From assembly GCA_964511765.1 (NCBI GenBank), contig CAZEGE010000001.1:41728-105727 (forward strand): a stretch of 64,000 nt of DNA, given 5' to 3'. The notes below the pieces were generated by a model. It worked only from the letters and a program-made list of their open reading frames with translations. It ran no database searches and was not told where the DNA came from. Within the stretch, counting starts at the first letter, position 1. The number at the start of each line of letters is the position of its first letter. Positions 24,705-35,523 of this stretch are shown piece after piece. This stretch comes from an uncultured Anaerolinea sp. Its GTDB lineage: Bacteria > Chloroflexota > Anaerolineae > Anaerolineales > Villigracilaceae. Made by a program: the position numbers and the translations under genes.

Positions 24705-26720
24705 ATGAAAAAATGGATCGAACGGCTTGATGGCGTGAAATTTAAAACGCGTAGCGCTGCGTGGTTTATGCTATTAATTGCCGTACTGACCTATGGACTG
24801 TTCTTCTGGAAGCGCGGTTTTTATTGGGATGAATTTCCCTGGGCGTGGATCTATTATCGCCTGGGTCCTGATGTCTTAACAAAAACCTTCTCCACCAGCC
24901 GCCCGTTTTGGGGCATGATCTATCAGCTCACCCTGCCAGTAATTGGACCGAACCCCTGGGTTTGGCAATTACTGGCAATTGTTTTGCGCTGGTTTACTGC
25001 GCTTTTGTTATGGGCGATACTGCGTATTTTGTGGCCCGCGCACTCAAAACCCGCATTTTGGGCGAGTTTACTTTTCCTTGTCTACCCCGGTATGGGGCAG
25101 CACTTCATTGCCATGATGTACAGCCATTTTTATATTGTGCTGTCGTGCTATTTGCTTTCCATTTATCTTTCACTGCTGGCTCTGAAGGATGAAAAATACC
25201 GCTGGGTTTTATTTGGGGCATCCTGGTTGCTGGCCGCGGTCAACCTGCTGACCATGGAATATTTTTATTTCCTCGAGTTCGCACGGATTTTCCTCTTCTG
25301 GCAGGTGTTAACAGGCAGGAATAAAAACCGCATCCAAAAAACCGTATTGTACTTTTTGCCATTCTTGTTGATATTTTCAGGCGTCACATTTTGGCGTATG
25401 ACCTTCTTTACCTTCCAAAACGCCAGTTATCGATATGTTTTGCTGGACGCATTCCGCGATGATTTTCTGGCAGGGTTATTGTTGTTTATAAATAACGTTG
25501 CCCTGAGTTTCTGGCGGACCGTTTTTGAAGTCTGGTTGTATCCACTGCTAACCCTTGGCTTATCGGGATTTGGACCGCTCACGCTCGCCTTGATGCTGGT
25601 CCTGTTATTCTCGATCATTTTTCTGGTTGGCATATATTTGTTCAAATTTACAATAAACGACTCCGATGATCGTGAATTTGCCCGGCAGGCAGGTTTTATC
25701 GGTTTGGTTTTTTGGGGTCTATCGGGCGGATCGGTGTGGGTGATAGGCGTCGTTCCGCAGTTGAACTTCTCGATAGATCGCTTCATGCTGCCCTTCATGC
25801 TGGGGGCGAGTCTATTGCTGGCTAGTCTGATCGCGTTGATTAAAAACCGGCGCTCCCAAATGATCCTGGTGGCTTTGCTGGTTGGCTTTGCCGCGAGCAG
25901 ACATTTCCGTCTCGAAGATATTTTCCGCCACGATTGGGCCACCCAGCAAGACTTCTTTTGGCAAATGACATGGCGAATTCCGGCGCTGGAAAAAGGGACG
26001 ATCCTGCTTTCCAACGACCTGCCTGTTACCTACTATTCAGATAATTCATTGACCGGGCCTCTGAATTGGATCTACAGTCCGCCTGGTGAGATGAACAGTA
26101 TTTTATACTTCGCCTCCATACGGGTTGGAAAAACATTGCCAAGCGTGGAGCCGGGTCAAGCACATCAGTTGTACTATATCGGCCCGACCTTTTATGGGAA
26201 CACTTCCAAGATCCTTGTGATCCATTATGAACCGCCCGGTTGTTTCCGCGTGATCGATCCTGAGGTTGAAGAAACGAATCGGCTTCTGCCTCCTGCCCTT
26301 AGAGATGTTGCGCGCTATTCCAATCAGGATGTGATCCTGATCGAACAGCAGGCGCAGCTCCCAGGTCAGCTTTACGGAAGCGAGCCGTCGCATGGCTGGT
26401 GTTATTATTTTGGACAGGCTGAATTGGCGCGTCAAAAAGGAGATTGGGACCAGGTAGTCGCACTTGGTGAAACCGCGTTTGCGCTTGACGACCACCCAAA
26501 TGACCCAGTCGAACGTTTCGTTTTTATTGAAGGTTATGCTCATGTTGGAGATTGGAAAAAGGCGGTAGAATTATCAAATACTTCCTATAAAATATCAAAA
26601 AACTATGTCGGTCCGCTGCTCTGCAGGTTGTGGGATCGGATTGAACGCCAGACTCAAAGTACCCCGGAGCAGGTTTCTGCACTGGATAAAGTACGAAGCG
26701 AGTTCGAGTGTTTACCTTAG
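24705..26720 (+). CDS. Large multi-pass membrane protein with soluble C-terminal domain (possibly GT-C fold)
   Basis: 671 aa. GFYWDEFPW and SRPFWG N-terminal loop, about 11 TM segments, helical C-terminus. Confidence 0.7.
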   Translation: MKKWIERLDGVKFKTRSAAWFMLLIAVLTYGLFFWKRGFYWDEFPWAWIYYRLGPDVLTKTFSTSRPFWGMIYQLTLPVIGPNPWVWQLLAIVLRWFTALLLWAILRILWPAHSKPAFWASLLFLVYPGMGQHFIAMMYSHFYIVLSCYLLSIYLSLLALKDEKYRWVLFGASWLLAAVNLLTMEYFYFLEFARIFLFWQVLTGRNKNRIQKTVLYFLPFLLIFSGVTFWRMTFFTFQNASYRYVLLDAFRDDFLAGLLLFINNVALSFWRTVFEVWLYPLLTLGLSGFGPLTLALMLVLLFSIIFLVGIYLFKFTINDSDDREFARQAGFIGLVFWGLSGGSVWVIGVVPQLNFSIDRFMLPFMLGASLLLASLIALIKNRRSQMILVALLVGFAASRHFRLEDIFRHDWATQQDFFWQMTWRIPALEKGTILLSNDLPVTYYSDNSLTGPLNWIYSPPGEMNSILYFASIRVGKTLPSVEPGQAHQLYYIGPTFYGNTSKILVIHYEPPGCFRVIDPEVEETNRLLPPALRDVARYSNQDVILIEQQAQLPGQLYGSEPSHGWCYYFGQAELARQKGDWDQVVALGETAFALDDHPNDPVERFVFIEGYAHVGDWKKAVELSNTSYKISKNYVGPLLCRLWDRIERQTQSTPEQVSALDKVRSEFECLP

Positions 26721-26856
26721 AGATATATAATGTTATATTCTTCACAAAAACAATTGCTTTAATTACAATTGTTTACACAAATTGAAAGGAGGTCGAAAGA
26801 ACAATTTGACCTTGCATGTTTCGACGTAAAACATATATTTTATAAGGAGAAGAAGA

Positions 26857-28134
26857 ATGCGTAAGAATTTTGCCCGCCTCGCAATGTTTGCGTTGGCACT
26901 CATGTTAGTCCTGTCCGCTTGTGGTGGTGCTCAACCTGCCGCCACCGAAGCCCCTGCTGCCGGGGGAGCTCCTGCTGCTACGGAAGCCCCTGTTGCCGCT
27001 ACTGAAGCGCCCGCTGATTCGAGCGGCTTTCAGATCCCCGAGGTAGTAGATGGAAAATTCAATGTCGCCATGGTTTTGATCGGACCCCACGATGATGGCG
27101 GTTGGTCGCAGGCGCATTACGAAGGCCTGATGTACATTGAAGAGAATGTCCCGAATGTGCACACGGCCTATATTGAAAATGTACCTGAAGGTGCAGATTC
27201 CGAACAGGTTTTCCGCAGCCTTTCACGCAAGGGATTCAACCTGATCTTCGGCACATCCTTTGGTTTCGGCGACCCGATGCAGGCTGTCGCTGAGGAGTTC
27301 CCGGATGTGATGTATATTCACCTAACCGGTATCAACTCCAACCAGACCAACTTTGGCAACCTGATGGGTGCGATGGAAGATATGAAATACTTGGCTGGAA
27401 TGCTGGCAGGTGCGCGCGCCAAGATGGACGGAAACCCCAAACTTGGTTATATGGCCACCTTCCCCATCCCTGAAGAAATTCGCCTCGGTAATGCCATTGC
27501 GTTGGGTATGAAGAAGACCTGCCCCGAATGCACCATGGATGTCCGCTGGATCAATACCTGGCATGACCCTGTCATTGAGAAAGAAGCTGCGGCTTCCCTC
27601 TTTGATGCTGGTGCTCAGGTTGTGTTCACCGGCGCTGATACTCCTGCGAATGCCGATGTAGCGCAGGAAAAAGGCAAGTGGGGCGTAACCTATGACTGGT
27701 ATGGTTCCTGCAAGGTGGATGCTTGTCTCACCGCTCCTTACTGGGTCTGGGGTCCAATTTATTCCGCAATCACCGAAAAAGTAATTGCCGGAACCTATGT
27801 CCCTGGTTGGGATTACTTTGATGCCGAGACAGGTGCATTGGGATTGTATGGTTTCATGGAAGGCCAGGAACTTACCCCCGGTGTGGCCGATCTTGATCCT
27901 GAAGTGATTGCAATGGTGAAAGATACCCTTGCCAAGATGCTCGCTGGCGAATTCACTCGCTTTGATGTGTTCACTGGCCCGATTAACGATAATCAGGGTA
28001 ACGTGGTTCTGCCTGCCGGCCAAAGCCTGGAACAGGTCGATCTTGACGCCTTCCCTGAATATGGTTTGCCGTGTACCGTCTCAGTCTGTATGAAGTGGTG
28101 GGCCGAAGGCATTACCGCTGAACTGCCTCAATAG
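26857..28134 (+). CDS. BMP-family (nucleoside/purine) ABC substrate-binding lipoprotein 1
   Basis: Lipobox LSAC, AATEAP repeats, DGGWSQAH, IFGTSFGF, NAIALG. Confidence 0.88.
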   Translation: MRKNFARLAMFALALMLVLSACGGAQPAATEAPAAGGAPAATEAPVAATEAPADSSGFQIPEVVDGKFNVAMVLIGPHDDGGWSQAHYEGLMYIEENVPNVHTAYIENVPEGADSEQVFRSLSRKGFNLIFGTSFGFGDPMQAVAEEFPDVMYIHLTGINSNQTNFGNLMGAMEDMKYLAGMLAGARAKMDGNPKLGYMATFPIPEEIRLGNAIALGMKKTCPECTMDVRWINTWHDPVIEKEAAASLFDAGAQVVFTGADTPANADVAQEKGKWGVTYDWYGSCKVDACLTAPYWVWGPIYSAITEKVIAGTYVPGWDYFDAETGALGLYGFMEGQELTPGVADLDPEVIAMVKDTLAKMLAGEFTRFDVFTGPINDNQGNVVLPAGQSLEQVDLDAFPEYGLPCTVSVCMKWWAEGITAELPQ

Positions 28135-28151
28135 CCGTTAAATTGATAAAT

Positions 28152-28183
28152 GGGCCAGGACTCTCAGGGTTCTGGCCCTCTTT
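28152..28183 (+). terminator. Stem-loop after BMP gene 1
   Basis: GGGCCAGGAC...GTTCTGGCCC followed by TCTTT. Confidence 0.6.
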
Positions 28184-28294
28184 GTACAATGTCTGGTTGA
28201 CCGTCCCGCAGATTTGACGAGAGAATTTCATAATTCTAGGGAAACCTGCGGGATGTTTCCCAATATATCGACTTTATCGCAGGAGAGTAACCTG

Positions 28295-29890
28295 GTGATT
28301 AATCAAACCTCCTCAACGCTTGCTATACCCTCGGAAACACCCTTGATTGTCGAAATGCGTGGGATCGTCAAGCGTTTTCCCGGTGTGCTGGCAAACGACC
28401 ACGTTGATTTTGAATTATGTCAGGGCGAAATACACGGATTGCTGGGAGAGAACGGGGCCGGCAAAAGCACTTTAATGAATGTATTGGCTGGCTTATATCG
28501 CCAGGAAGCCGGCACTATTTTGGTCAGGGGTGAGCCGAAAGTTTTTTCCTCCCCGCGTGATGCGATCAAATCGGGTATTGGCATGGTGCATCAGCATTTC
28601 ATGCTTGTGCCATCTCAAACCGTCACGGAAAATATTTTGCTTGGGCTTGATGATCCGCGCTTCATCATGCGTTTACCTGATTACGATACCAAGATTGCAG
28701 AATTGGGTGAACGCTTTGGATTAAAAGTGGATCCGCGCGTAAAGATCTGGCAATTATCTGTGGGGGAACAACAGCGTGTTGAAATTCTAAAAATGCTTTA
28801 TCGCGGCGTGGACGTGCTTATCATGGATGAGCCGACTGCTGTGCTTGCCCCACAAGAGATCGTAGGTTTATTTGAAACCTTGCGAGCCATGATTGCTCAG
28901 GGGAAATCCGTTATTTTTATCAGTCATAAATTACAGGAAGTCAGCGCCATTGCGGACCGCGTCAGTGTTTTGCGGCGTGGGGTGGGTACGGCTTCGGGCG
29001 TGCCTTCAAAGGGGATTTCACGCCAGGAATTGGCGCGTTTGATGGTAGGGCGCGAAGTTATTTTTTCAGTTGATAAAAAGCCCTGCAATCCACAAAGTGT
29101 TGTGCTGGATGTTAAAGATATTCATGCCGAGAATGATAAAGGCCTGCCTGCTTTGCGCGGGGTTTCATTGAATGTGCGCGCGGGTGAAATTGTCGGTGTG
29201 GCGGGTGTGGCAGGGAATGGTCAGAGCGAGCTTTCACAGGTTATTTCCGGTATGCGTAAATGTAAACAGGGACAGGTTCTGTTGAATGGCGATACGGTCA
29301 GCAACCGAAATACGTTATTTGGCATTCAACACGGCATGGCGTATGTCCCCGAGGATCGCACCCATGTAGGCAGCGCCCCCAATCTCAGCGTGACAGATAA
29401 CGTCATTATGAAGAATTATCGCAAACCTCCGATCTCAAATAAGGGTTTGCTGGATATGAAAGTTGCCACCAAACTTGCCAATGAACTTAAAACGGCCTAC
29501 GACATTATCGTGCCCAGTGTTTCCACGCCCGTTCGTTTATTATCGGGCGGAAACCTGCAGCGTGTGATCCTGGCGCGTGAGATCTCCGGTTTGCCTGCGT
29601 TCATGGTTGCGGTGCAGCCGACGCGTGGCCTGGATGTCGGCGCAATCGAAGGAGTCCACCGTTTATTGCTTGCCCAGCGCGAAGCGGGTGCGGCTGTCCT
29701 GCTTATTTCTGAGGAGCTGGAGGAATTGCTCTCGCTCAGTGATCGCGTTTATGTGATCTACGAAGGAAAGATTATGGGCGAGGTGAAGGTCGAAGGCGGC
29801 GAAGCAGATGAGGACCTGGTTGATACGATTGGTCAGATGATGACGGGCACTCCGCTCGATCAAATCCCAAAAGAAGGAGTGGCTGCATAA
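28295..29890 (+). CDS. Tandem-domain ABC ATPase (NupA/CUT2 type)
   Basis: GENGAGKS, LSVGEQQR, IMDEPT, LSGGNLQR, QPTRGLD. GTG start with AGGAG RBS. Confidence 0.92.
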   Translation: MINQTSSTLAIPSETPLIVEMRGIVKRFPGVLANDHVDFELCQGEIHGLLGENGAGKSTLMNVLAGLYRQEAGTILVRGEPKVFSSPRDAIKSGIGMVHQHFMLVPSQTVTENILLGLDDPRFIMRLPDYDTKIAELGERFGLKVDPRVKIWQLSVGEQQRVEILKMLYRGVDVLIMDEPTAVLAPQEIVGLFETLRAMIAQGKSVIFISHKLQEVSAIADRVSVLRRGVGTASGVPSKGISRQELARLMVGREVIFSVDKKPCNPQSVVLDVKDIHAENDKGLPALRGVSLNVRAGEIVGVAGVAGNGQSELSQVISGMRKCKQGQVLLNGDTVSNRNTLFGIQHGMAYVPEDRTHVGSAPNLSVTDNVIMKNYRKPPISNKGLLDMKVATKLANELKTAYDIIVPSVSTPVRLLSGGNLQRVILAREISGLPAFMVAVQPTRGLDVGAIEGVHRLLLAQREAGAAVLLISEELEELLSLSDRVYVIYEGKIMGEVKVEGGEADEDLVDTIGQMMTGTPLDQIPKEGVAA

Positions 29891-31011
29891 TGGCTGAGTC
29901 GACCTCTGTTAAACCAAGAATGCCATTTCGTATCCGGATTGAGCCGCGCTTGAGCGAGCCTCCGGCATGGTATCCCGCTGTAATCTCCCTGGGTGCGCTT
30001 ATTGTAGCCTTGATATTGGGTGGTATTTTGATCACATTTTCCGGCGGCGATGCGATCCGTTCTTATCAACATATAGCCAAGGCTTCGTTTGGTGATATTG
30101 GTGTGCTTTCTGATACCATCGTAAAAGCAACGCCGATCCTTTTGGCGGCTCTGGCTTGTGCGGTGGCGTTCCGCATGAAATTGTGGAATATCGGCGCGGA
30201 GGGGCAGTTCATCATGGGTGCTTTTGGCGCGAGCGCGATCGTGCTTGCACCGGTATTGCCTGCGGAAACTTCGCGCTGGGTGTTTATTCCTGTCATGATG
30301 CTGGCAGGCATGGTTTCAGGTGCGATCTGGGGGTTTATCCCCGGCTATCTTAAGGCAAAATTCAATGTGAATGAGATCATCAGTACCTTGATGTTGAATT
30401 ATGTTGCAGTGGCGTGGGTTAACTTTTGGATCTTTGGTGTGTGGACGGAAGGCGGTTTTCAAATGTCCCCCAAGTTCCCAAACAATTCCTGGTTGCCGCG
30501 TTTGCTGGATTATGCCAAGGCTTTTCCAGCCTTTCGCGGATTGACTACTCACCTTGGATTGGTTATTGGGATCATAGCGGCATTTATTTTGTGGTTAATC
30601 ATCTTTCGCAGCCGTTGGGGATATGAGATCCGCTTGATTGGCGATAATCCAAAGGCGGCACAATATGCAGGCATCAATATCACACGGAACACGATCTGGG
30701 TGATGATGCTCTCTGGCGCGCTGGCAGGACTGGGTGGCATGTCCGAAATTTCCGGCGTTGTCCATCGTTTGCAAACTGCGCCGATTGCGGCCGGATATGG
30801 TTTTACGGGAATCATCGTTGCCTGGCTGGCTAAACTGAATCCACTGGTCATCATATTCGTTTCCGTCTTATTCGGTGCGTTGATCCTCGCAGGACGAGAG
30901 ATCCAGCCTTCGGGTGTCCCCAAAATGATCCAGGGAATTATACTGGTCTGTCTCATCGCCAGCGATTTCCTGCTGCGCTATCGGATCGTGATTGCACACG
31001 GGGAGGAATAA
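29890..31011 (+). CDS. Nucleoside ABC permease
   Basis: LWNIGAEGQF, NEIISTLMLN, GYEIRLIGDN, GYGFTGIIVAWL. Confidence 0.9.
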   Translation: MAESTSVKPRMPFRIRIEPRLSEPPAWYPAVISLGALIVALILGGILITFSGGDAIRSYQHIAKASFGDIGVLSDTIVKATPILLAALACAVAFRMKLWNIGAEGQFIMGAFGASAIVLAPVLPAETSRWVFIPVMMLAGMVSGAIWGFIPGYLKAKFNVNEIISTLMLNYVAVAWVNFWIFGVWTEGGFQMSPKFPNNSWLPRLLDYAKAFPAFRGLTTHLGLVIGIIAAFILWLIIFRSRWGYEIRLIGDNPKAAQYAGINITRNTIWVMMLSGALAGLGGMSEISGVVHRLQTAPIAAGYGFTGIIVAWLAKLNPLVIIFVSVLFGALILAGREIQPSGVPKMIQGIILVCLIASDFLLRYRIVIAHGEE

Positions 31012-31013
31012 TT

Positions 31014-31982
31014 ATGGACTTTACCATTATCTTACAGGCGGGCATCGCAAGTGGCACCGTACTACTATTTGCAACCATCGGTGAGTTGTTTGCTGAACGC
31101 TCCGGCGTTCTTAACCTCGGCGTTGAAGGCATGATGCTGATCGGCGCGATGAGCGCGTTTAGCACAACCATTGCAACTGGCAATCCATGGCTGGGTGTCT
31201 TGGTGGCCATGTTTTTTGCGGGCCTCATCAGCCAGATCCATGCCTTCATTGTGATCACTCTGCAGGCCGATCAGGTAGTCAGCGGTCTCTCGCTTACTTT
31301 TTTGGGCGCCGGCATCAGTCTCGTATTAGGCGAAGGCTTGAGCAAAGCCGGGACGGTTTCGCTCCTGCCTAACTTTTCATTCCCATTGCTGACCTTAATC
31401 CCGGTCGTTGGAAAAATATTTTTCACCAATCAAAGCGTGCTCGTTTATATCGGCTATCTGCTGGTTCCACTTTCCTGGTATTACATCAATCGTACGCGCC
31501 CGGGTCTGCACTTGCGCGCAGTAGGTGAATATCCATCGGCCGCAGATGCATTGGGAATCAATGTTTTCCGCATGCGTTATTTATATGTTTTTGTTGGCGG
31601 AATGTTGGCTGGGCTGGCAGGTGCGACAATCAGTCTCGCGGTTTCGCCAGGTTGGTTCAGCGAACTGACCACGGGTGGGCAGGGTTGGATCGCGATCGGA
31701 CTGGTGATTTTTGCGCAATGGGATCCATTTCGCGCGGCGATTGGCGCGTATGCTTTCGGCGCTCTTCGCCGCCTCATTTTGGATATTCAAGGACCGCTCG
31801 TTTTGTTGGGGTTTGCAAATCCGTTTTATTACAACCCTTACCTTGGTTTCTTCCTGCAAATGTTGCCCTATCTCTTCACCGTTGTTGTTTTGGTGATCGG
31901 TTCGCGTGAAGCCATGCGGAAACGCATTGGCGCGCCAGCCGCGTTGGGCACTCCTTATATTCGCGGAGAACGTGGAAAATAA
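31014..31982 (+). CDS. Nucleoside ABC permease
   Basis: ERSGVLNLGVEGMML, GLHLRAVGEYP, GQGWIAIGLV, PAALGTPY. Confidence 0.9.
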   Translation: MDFTIILQAGIASGTVLLFATIGELFAERSGVLNLGVEGMMLIGAMSAFSTTIATGNPWLGVLVAMFFAGLISQIHAFIVITLQADQVVSGLSLTFLGAGISLVLGEGLSKAGTVSLLPNFSFPLLTLIPVVGKIFFTNQSVLVYIGYLLVPLSWYYINRTRPGLHLRAVGEYPSAADALGINVFRMRYLYVFVGGMLAGLAGATISLAVSPGWFSELTTGGQGWIAIGLVIFAQWDPFRAAIGAYAFGALRRLILDIQGPLVLLGFANPFYYNPYLGFFLQMLPYLFTVVVLVIGSREAMRKRIGAPAALGTPYIRGERGK

Positions 31983-32188
31983 ATATTTTGCGCAATATTG
32001 ATCTAAAATAACCGCGCAATTTGCTTGTACGGATGATTTCATCTCTGGCTCATGGCCACAATCTGAATTCAAAATCAACTGCCGTTGTATTGAATTCAGA
32101 TTATTTTAAGGCGAGCCCCTGTCAATTGGATCAATATTCTCAAATTGGAGTGGAGATTCTGGATAAAAATCACGTTATTCTTATTACA

Positions 32189-32203
32189 AATTGTCTGACA
32201 ACT
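32189..32203. promoter_or_regulatory. Palindromic operator, site 2
   Basis: AATTGTC-T-GACAACT, upstream of a TATACT -10 (32219-32224) and of the second ABC operon. Confidence 0.6.
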
Positions 32204-32251
32204 TTTAAGCACTTTCAGTATACTGATACAATAGGAGACAGGTAGCTGCCC

Positions 32252-33406
32252 ATGAAAAAATTACTTCAAAGCGAATGGACATCCCGCCTGATCGATGGAC
32301 TCTTGCCGGTCTTTGCCGCCTTGGCTGCATTGTTAATCGGCGCAGTCATGTTGTTATTATTGAAAGTCAACCCCATCGAGGCGTATGCTGCTCTTTGGGA
32401 TGGCGCTTTCGGGAATACCAATGCTTTTGCAGAGACGTTAGTCAAAGCTACTCCTTTGCTTTTGGTGGCATTGGGTATTTGCATCTCCTTCCGCGGAGAT
32501 GTGATCAATATCGGTGGAGAGGGCCAGATGATCGTCGGCGCCATTCTGGCAACCTGGGTGGGACTTACTTTCACAGGTTTGCCGGGCTGGCTTGTTGTCA
32601 CAATTGCGATGTTGGCTGGATTTATTGGCGGTGGGATATGGGGCGGCATACCAGGTTTATTAAAAGCCTATTTCAATGTGAATGAAATTTTGAGCACCGT
32701 GATGATGAATGCGATCGCGGTGCAGTTGATGAACTTCCTTTTACGTGGACCGATGATCGATCCTTTGCAGGCTCAAAAGGCATCAAAGATTCCCCAGACA
32801 GCCAGGCTTTTGGAGACATTTCGTTTACCCCGATTGGCTCCCACACGCCTGCATCTTGGCGTGCTGATCGCTGTGATCCTGGCGATATTGGTTTACATCC
32901 TGCTCTGGCGGACGACGCTTGGATATCGGATCCGTGCTGTGGGACAAAACCCAAACGCTTCCCGCTACGCGGGAATAAAAGTACAACGTTATATTGTGTT
33001 GGCCCTGCTTTTAAGCGGCGCATTTTCCGGGTTGGCCGGAGCAACCCAGGTATTTGGCGTCAATTATCGCATGATCACGGATGGTTCCACATCTGGATTT
33101 ACGGGAAGTGCCGGTTTCAATGGAATTGTCGTCGCTTTATTCGGACAACTGCATCCGCTCTGGTCCATTCCCGCTTCCATATTGTTTGGCGCGCTTCTAG
33201 TGGGTGCGAACAAGATGCAAAGGGTGGTGCAAGTTCCATCGGCACTGGTTATAGCTTTGAATGGTTTGGTGGTTGTCTTTGTGGTAAGCAGTGAGTTTCT
33301 GCGCCAACGAAGACAGAGGCGAAGATTGGCGAGCGCAAAGCAGGAAGACGACTCTCCGCCTCGTCCGGATCATGAAGGATCACCACAAGTGGAGGCGGGT
33401 GCATGA
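32252..33406 (+). CDS. Nucleoside ABC permease (system 2)
   Basis: INIGGEGQM, NEILSTVMMN, GYRIRAVGQN, GFNGIVVALFG. Confidence 0.9.
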   Translation: MKKLLQSEWTSRLIDGLLPVFAALAALLIGAVMLLLLKVNPIEAYAALWDGAFGNTNAFAETLVKATPLLLVALGICISFRGDVINIGGEGQMIVGAILATWVGLTFTGLPGWLVVTIAMLAGFIGGGIWGGIPGLLKAYFNVNEILSTVMMNAIAVQLMNFLLRGPMIDPLQAQKASKIPQTARLLETFRLPRLAPTRLHLGVLIAVILAILVYILLWRTTLGYRIRAVGQNPNASRYAGIKVQRYIVLALLLSGAFSGLAGATQVFGVNYRMITDGSTSGFTGSAGFNGIVVALFGQLHPLWSIPASILFGALLVGANKMQRVVQVPSALVIALNGLVVVFVVSSEFLRQRRQRRRLASAKQEDDSPPRPDHEGSPQVEAGA

Positions 33407-34335
33407 TATCTGACCTGTTTACTGTTACTGTTTTGATTGGAATTCTCTCGTCTGGAATACGATTGGCAACCCCGTATTTATATGCCTCCATCGGTGAGAC
33501 CTTTGGCCAGCGTAGTGGAGTGCTCAACCTTGGCGTTGAAGGACAGATGCTGTTGGGCGCCTTTGCCGCTTTCTATGTGGTGCGCACGACCGGGAATCTA
33601 TGGCTTGGCATACTGGCTGCCATGATGGTTGGCGCGGTCATGGGATTGGCAATGGCATTCGTCACGGTTAACTTGCATGCCCAACAGGGTATCAGCGGCA
33701 TAGGCTTTTACATCTTTGGATTGGGAATGAGCGACTTGCTTTTCCAAAAGTTATTGGGAACTGTTGAAACCGTGCAGGGTTTCCCAAAGATTTATCTTGC
33801 AGGGCTTAGCGATATTCCGGGCATCGGGGAAATTCTCTTTCGCCAAAACCTGCTTGTATATGGGGCGTATCTTCTGGTTCCGTTGGCATGGTTTGTGTTG
33901 AATAAAACAAATTTGGGATTGAAGATCCGCGCGGTGGGCGAAAACCCGGATGCGGCCGATTCGCTCGGCGTCAGTGTGGGGCGCGTCAGATATTTCACCA
34001 TCATCCTTGGCGGAATTCTGTCCGGGCTTGGCGGGGCTTCCCTTTCCATCGCGTTATTAAATGTCTTCCAGCAGAACATGACCAGTGGAATTGGTTTTAT
34101 TGCCGTGGCTCTGGTATACTTTGGTGCCTGGCGGCCGTTGGGGGTGTTAGGCGGCGCTTTATTGTTCAGCATGGTCAACTCTTTGCAATTATGGATTCAA
34201 GTACTGGGCATTCCGATCCCCTCTGAAATTGCGGTGATGATGCCTTACGTGCTCACGATTCTGGTTTTGGTTGTTACCGTCTCAAGAGTCCGGGCTCCAT
34301 CGGCTTTGACGAAACCATTTGAGCGAGATACATAA
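33403..34335 (+). CDS. Nucleoside ABC permease (system 2)
   Basis: QRSGVLNLGVEGQM, GLKIRAVGENP, GIGFIAVALV, PSALTKPF. Confidence 0.9.
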   Translation: MISDLFTVTVLIGILSSGIRLATPYLYASIGETFGQRSGVLNLGVEGQMLLGAFAAFYVVRTTGNLWLGILAAMMVGAVMGLAMAFVTVNLHAQQGISGIGFYIFGLGMSDLLFQKLLGTVETVQGFPKIYLAGLSDIPGIGEILFRQNLLVYGAYLLVPLAWFVLNKTNLGLKIRAVGENPDAADSLGVSVGRVRYFTIILGGILSGLGGASLSIALLNVFQQNMTSGIGFIAVALVYFGAWRPLGVLGGALLFSMVNSLQLWIQVLGIPIPSEIAVMMPYVLTILVLVVTVSRVRAPSALTKPFERDT

Positions 34336-34439
34336 ACCATGGATAAGGAGGTTGTGTAAAAAGAGTTATTAGATAAATCACAGGTTGTGTCAAATTTTGT
34401 GCTTAAACAGTCTCATATTTAAATCAGGAGAAGAAGAAA

Positions 34440-35504
34440 ATGAAGAAGTACACATGGTTATTTACTCTGGTAGTTGCCTTTGCGCTGATCATAAGCGCAT
34501 GTGGTTCACCTGCGCCGGCTGAAGAAGCCTCGGAAGCTGCGCAACCCGCTACTGAAGCACCGACCTCAGCACCCGAAGTTGCCGAAGCGCCTGCTGCGGC
34601 ACCGTTTCGTGTAGCTGTTATTTTACCCAGCGCCAAGAATGACATGGCTTTTAGCCAGAGCATGTACGATGCGTTGGTCGCCATCCAGACAGAAATGGGC
34701 GGCCCTGACAAAATGGAGTTCGTATTCTCCGAGGGCATGTTCGTGGTGGATGATGCTGCCGCAGCTGTCCGTGACTATGCATCCCAAGGCTACAATCTGG
34801 TGATCGCTCACGGCTCGCAATATGGCTCCTCCTTGCAGGAAATTGCACCTGATTTCCCCAACACCAGCTTTGCCTGGGGCACAACCGTCGATACATTTGG
34901 TCAGCCCAATATCTTTGCCTACGAAGCGGCTTCCCAGGAAGGCGGATATGTTAATGGCGTGCTTGCGGCGACTCTTTCGACCAGCAAGGTCATTGGTATT
35001 GTCGCTCCGATCGAGACCGGTGACGCGAAGCTCTATGTGGAAGGTTTCAAGGACGGCGTGGCATCGGTCAACCCTGAGGTTAAGGTGAACGTGAACTACA
35101 TCGGTTCTTTCTCGGATGTGGCTCTTGCCGCCGAAGCCGCCACCACTCACATCTCCAACGGTGCTGATGTCCTGACAGGCACCGCTCAGATGGTGGTGGG
35201 TGCGATCGGCAAAGCCCAGGAGAACAATGTTCTCTGGTTTGCAAGTGATGCCAACCAATCCTCCCTGGCTCCCTCGATTGTGGTTGCCAGCCAGGTCTAT
35301 CATTGGGAAGTCATCCTAAAAGAAATGATCGACCTCATTCAGGCCGGTACGCTGGGCGGACAGTCCTTCACGATCAACCTGGCCAATAATGGCGAGGTGA
35401 TTGAATACAACCCGGACTACGCCCTTCCCGCAGATGCCAAGGCATTGGCTGATGAAACCGTGAAAGGGATCATTGACGGAACCATTACGATCGCCCTGCC
35501 TTAA
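34440..35504 (+). CDS. BMP-family ABC substrate-binding lipoprotein 2
   Basis: Lipobox ISAC, DMAFSQSM, IAHGSQY, GGYVNGVLA, YIGSFSD. Confidence 0.88.
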   Translation: MKKYTWLFTLVVAFALIISACGSPAPAEEASEAAQPATEAPTSAPEVAEAPAAAPFRVAVILPSAKNDMAFSQSMYDALVAIQTEMGGPDKMEFVFSEGMFVVDDAAAAVRDYASQGYNLVIAHGSQYGSSLQEIAPDFPNTSFAWGTTVDTFGQPNIFAYEAASQEGGYVNGVLAATLSTSKVIGIVAPIETGDAKLYVEGFKDGVASVNPEVKVNVNYIGSFSDVALAAEAATTHISNGADVLTGTAQMVVGAIGKAQENNVLWFASDANQSSLAPSIVVASQVYHWEVILKEMIDLIQAGTLGGQSFTINLANNGEVIEYNPDYALPADAKALADETVKGIIDGTITIALP

Positions 35505-35523
35505 GATAAATACCTGATAAAAA

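Noticed and set aside
26767-26784. AATTGTTTACACAAATT as a third operator upstream of BMP1
   Set aside because: Spacing differs by one base and several positions mismatch the TTGTC-W-GACAA consensus; too weak to call.
26941-27015. Direct repeats at the start of BMP1 (and similar in BMP2) as CRISPR or mobile repeats
   Set aside because: They are in-frame AATEAP linker codons typical of lipoprotein tethers, with no spacer structure and no cas genes.
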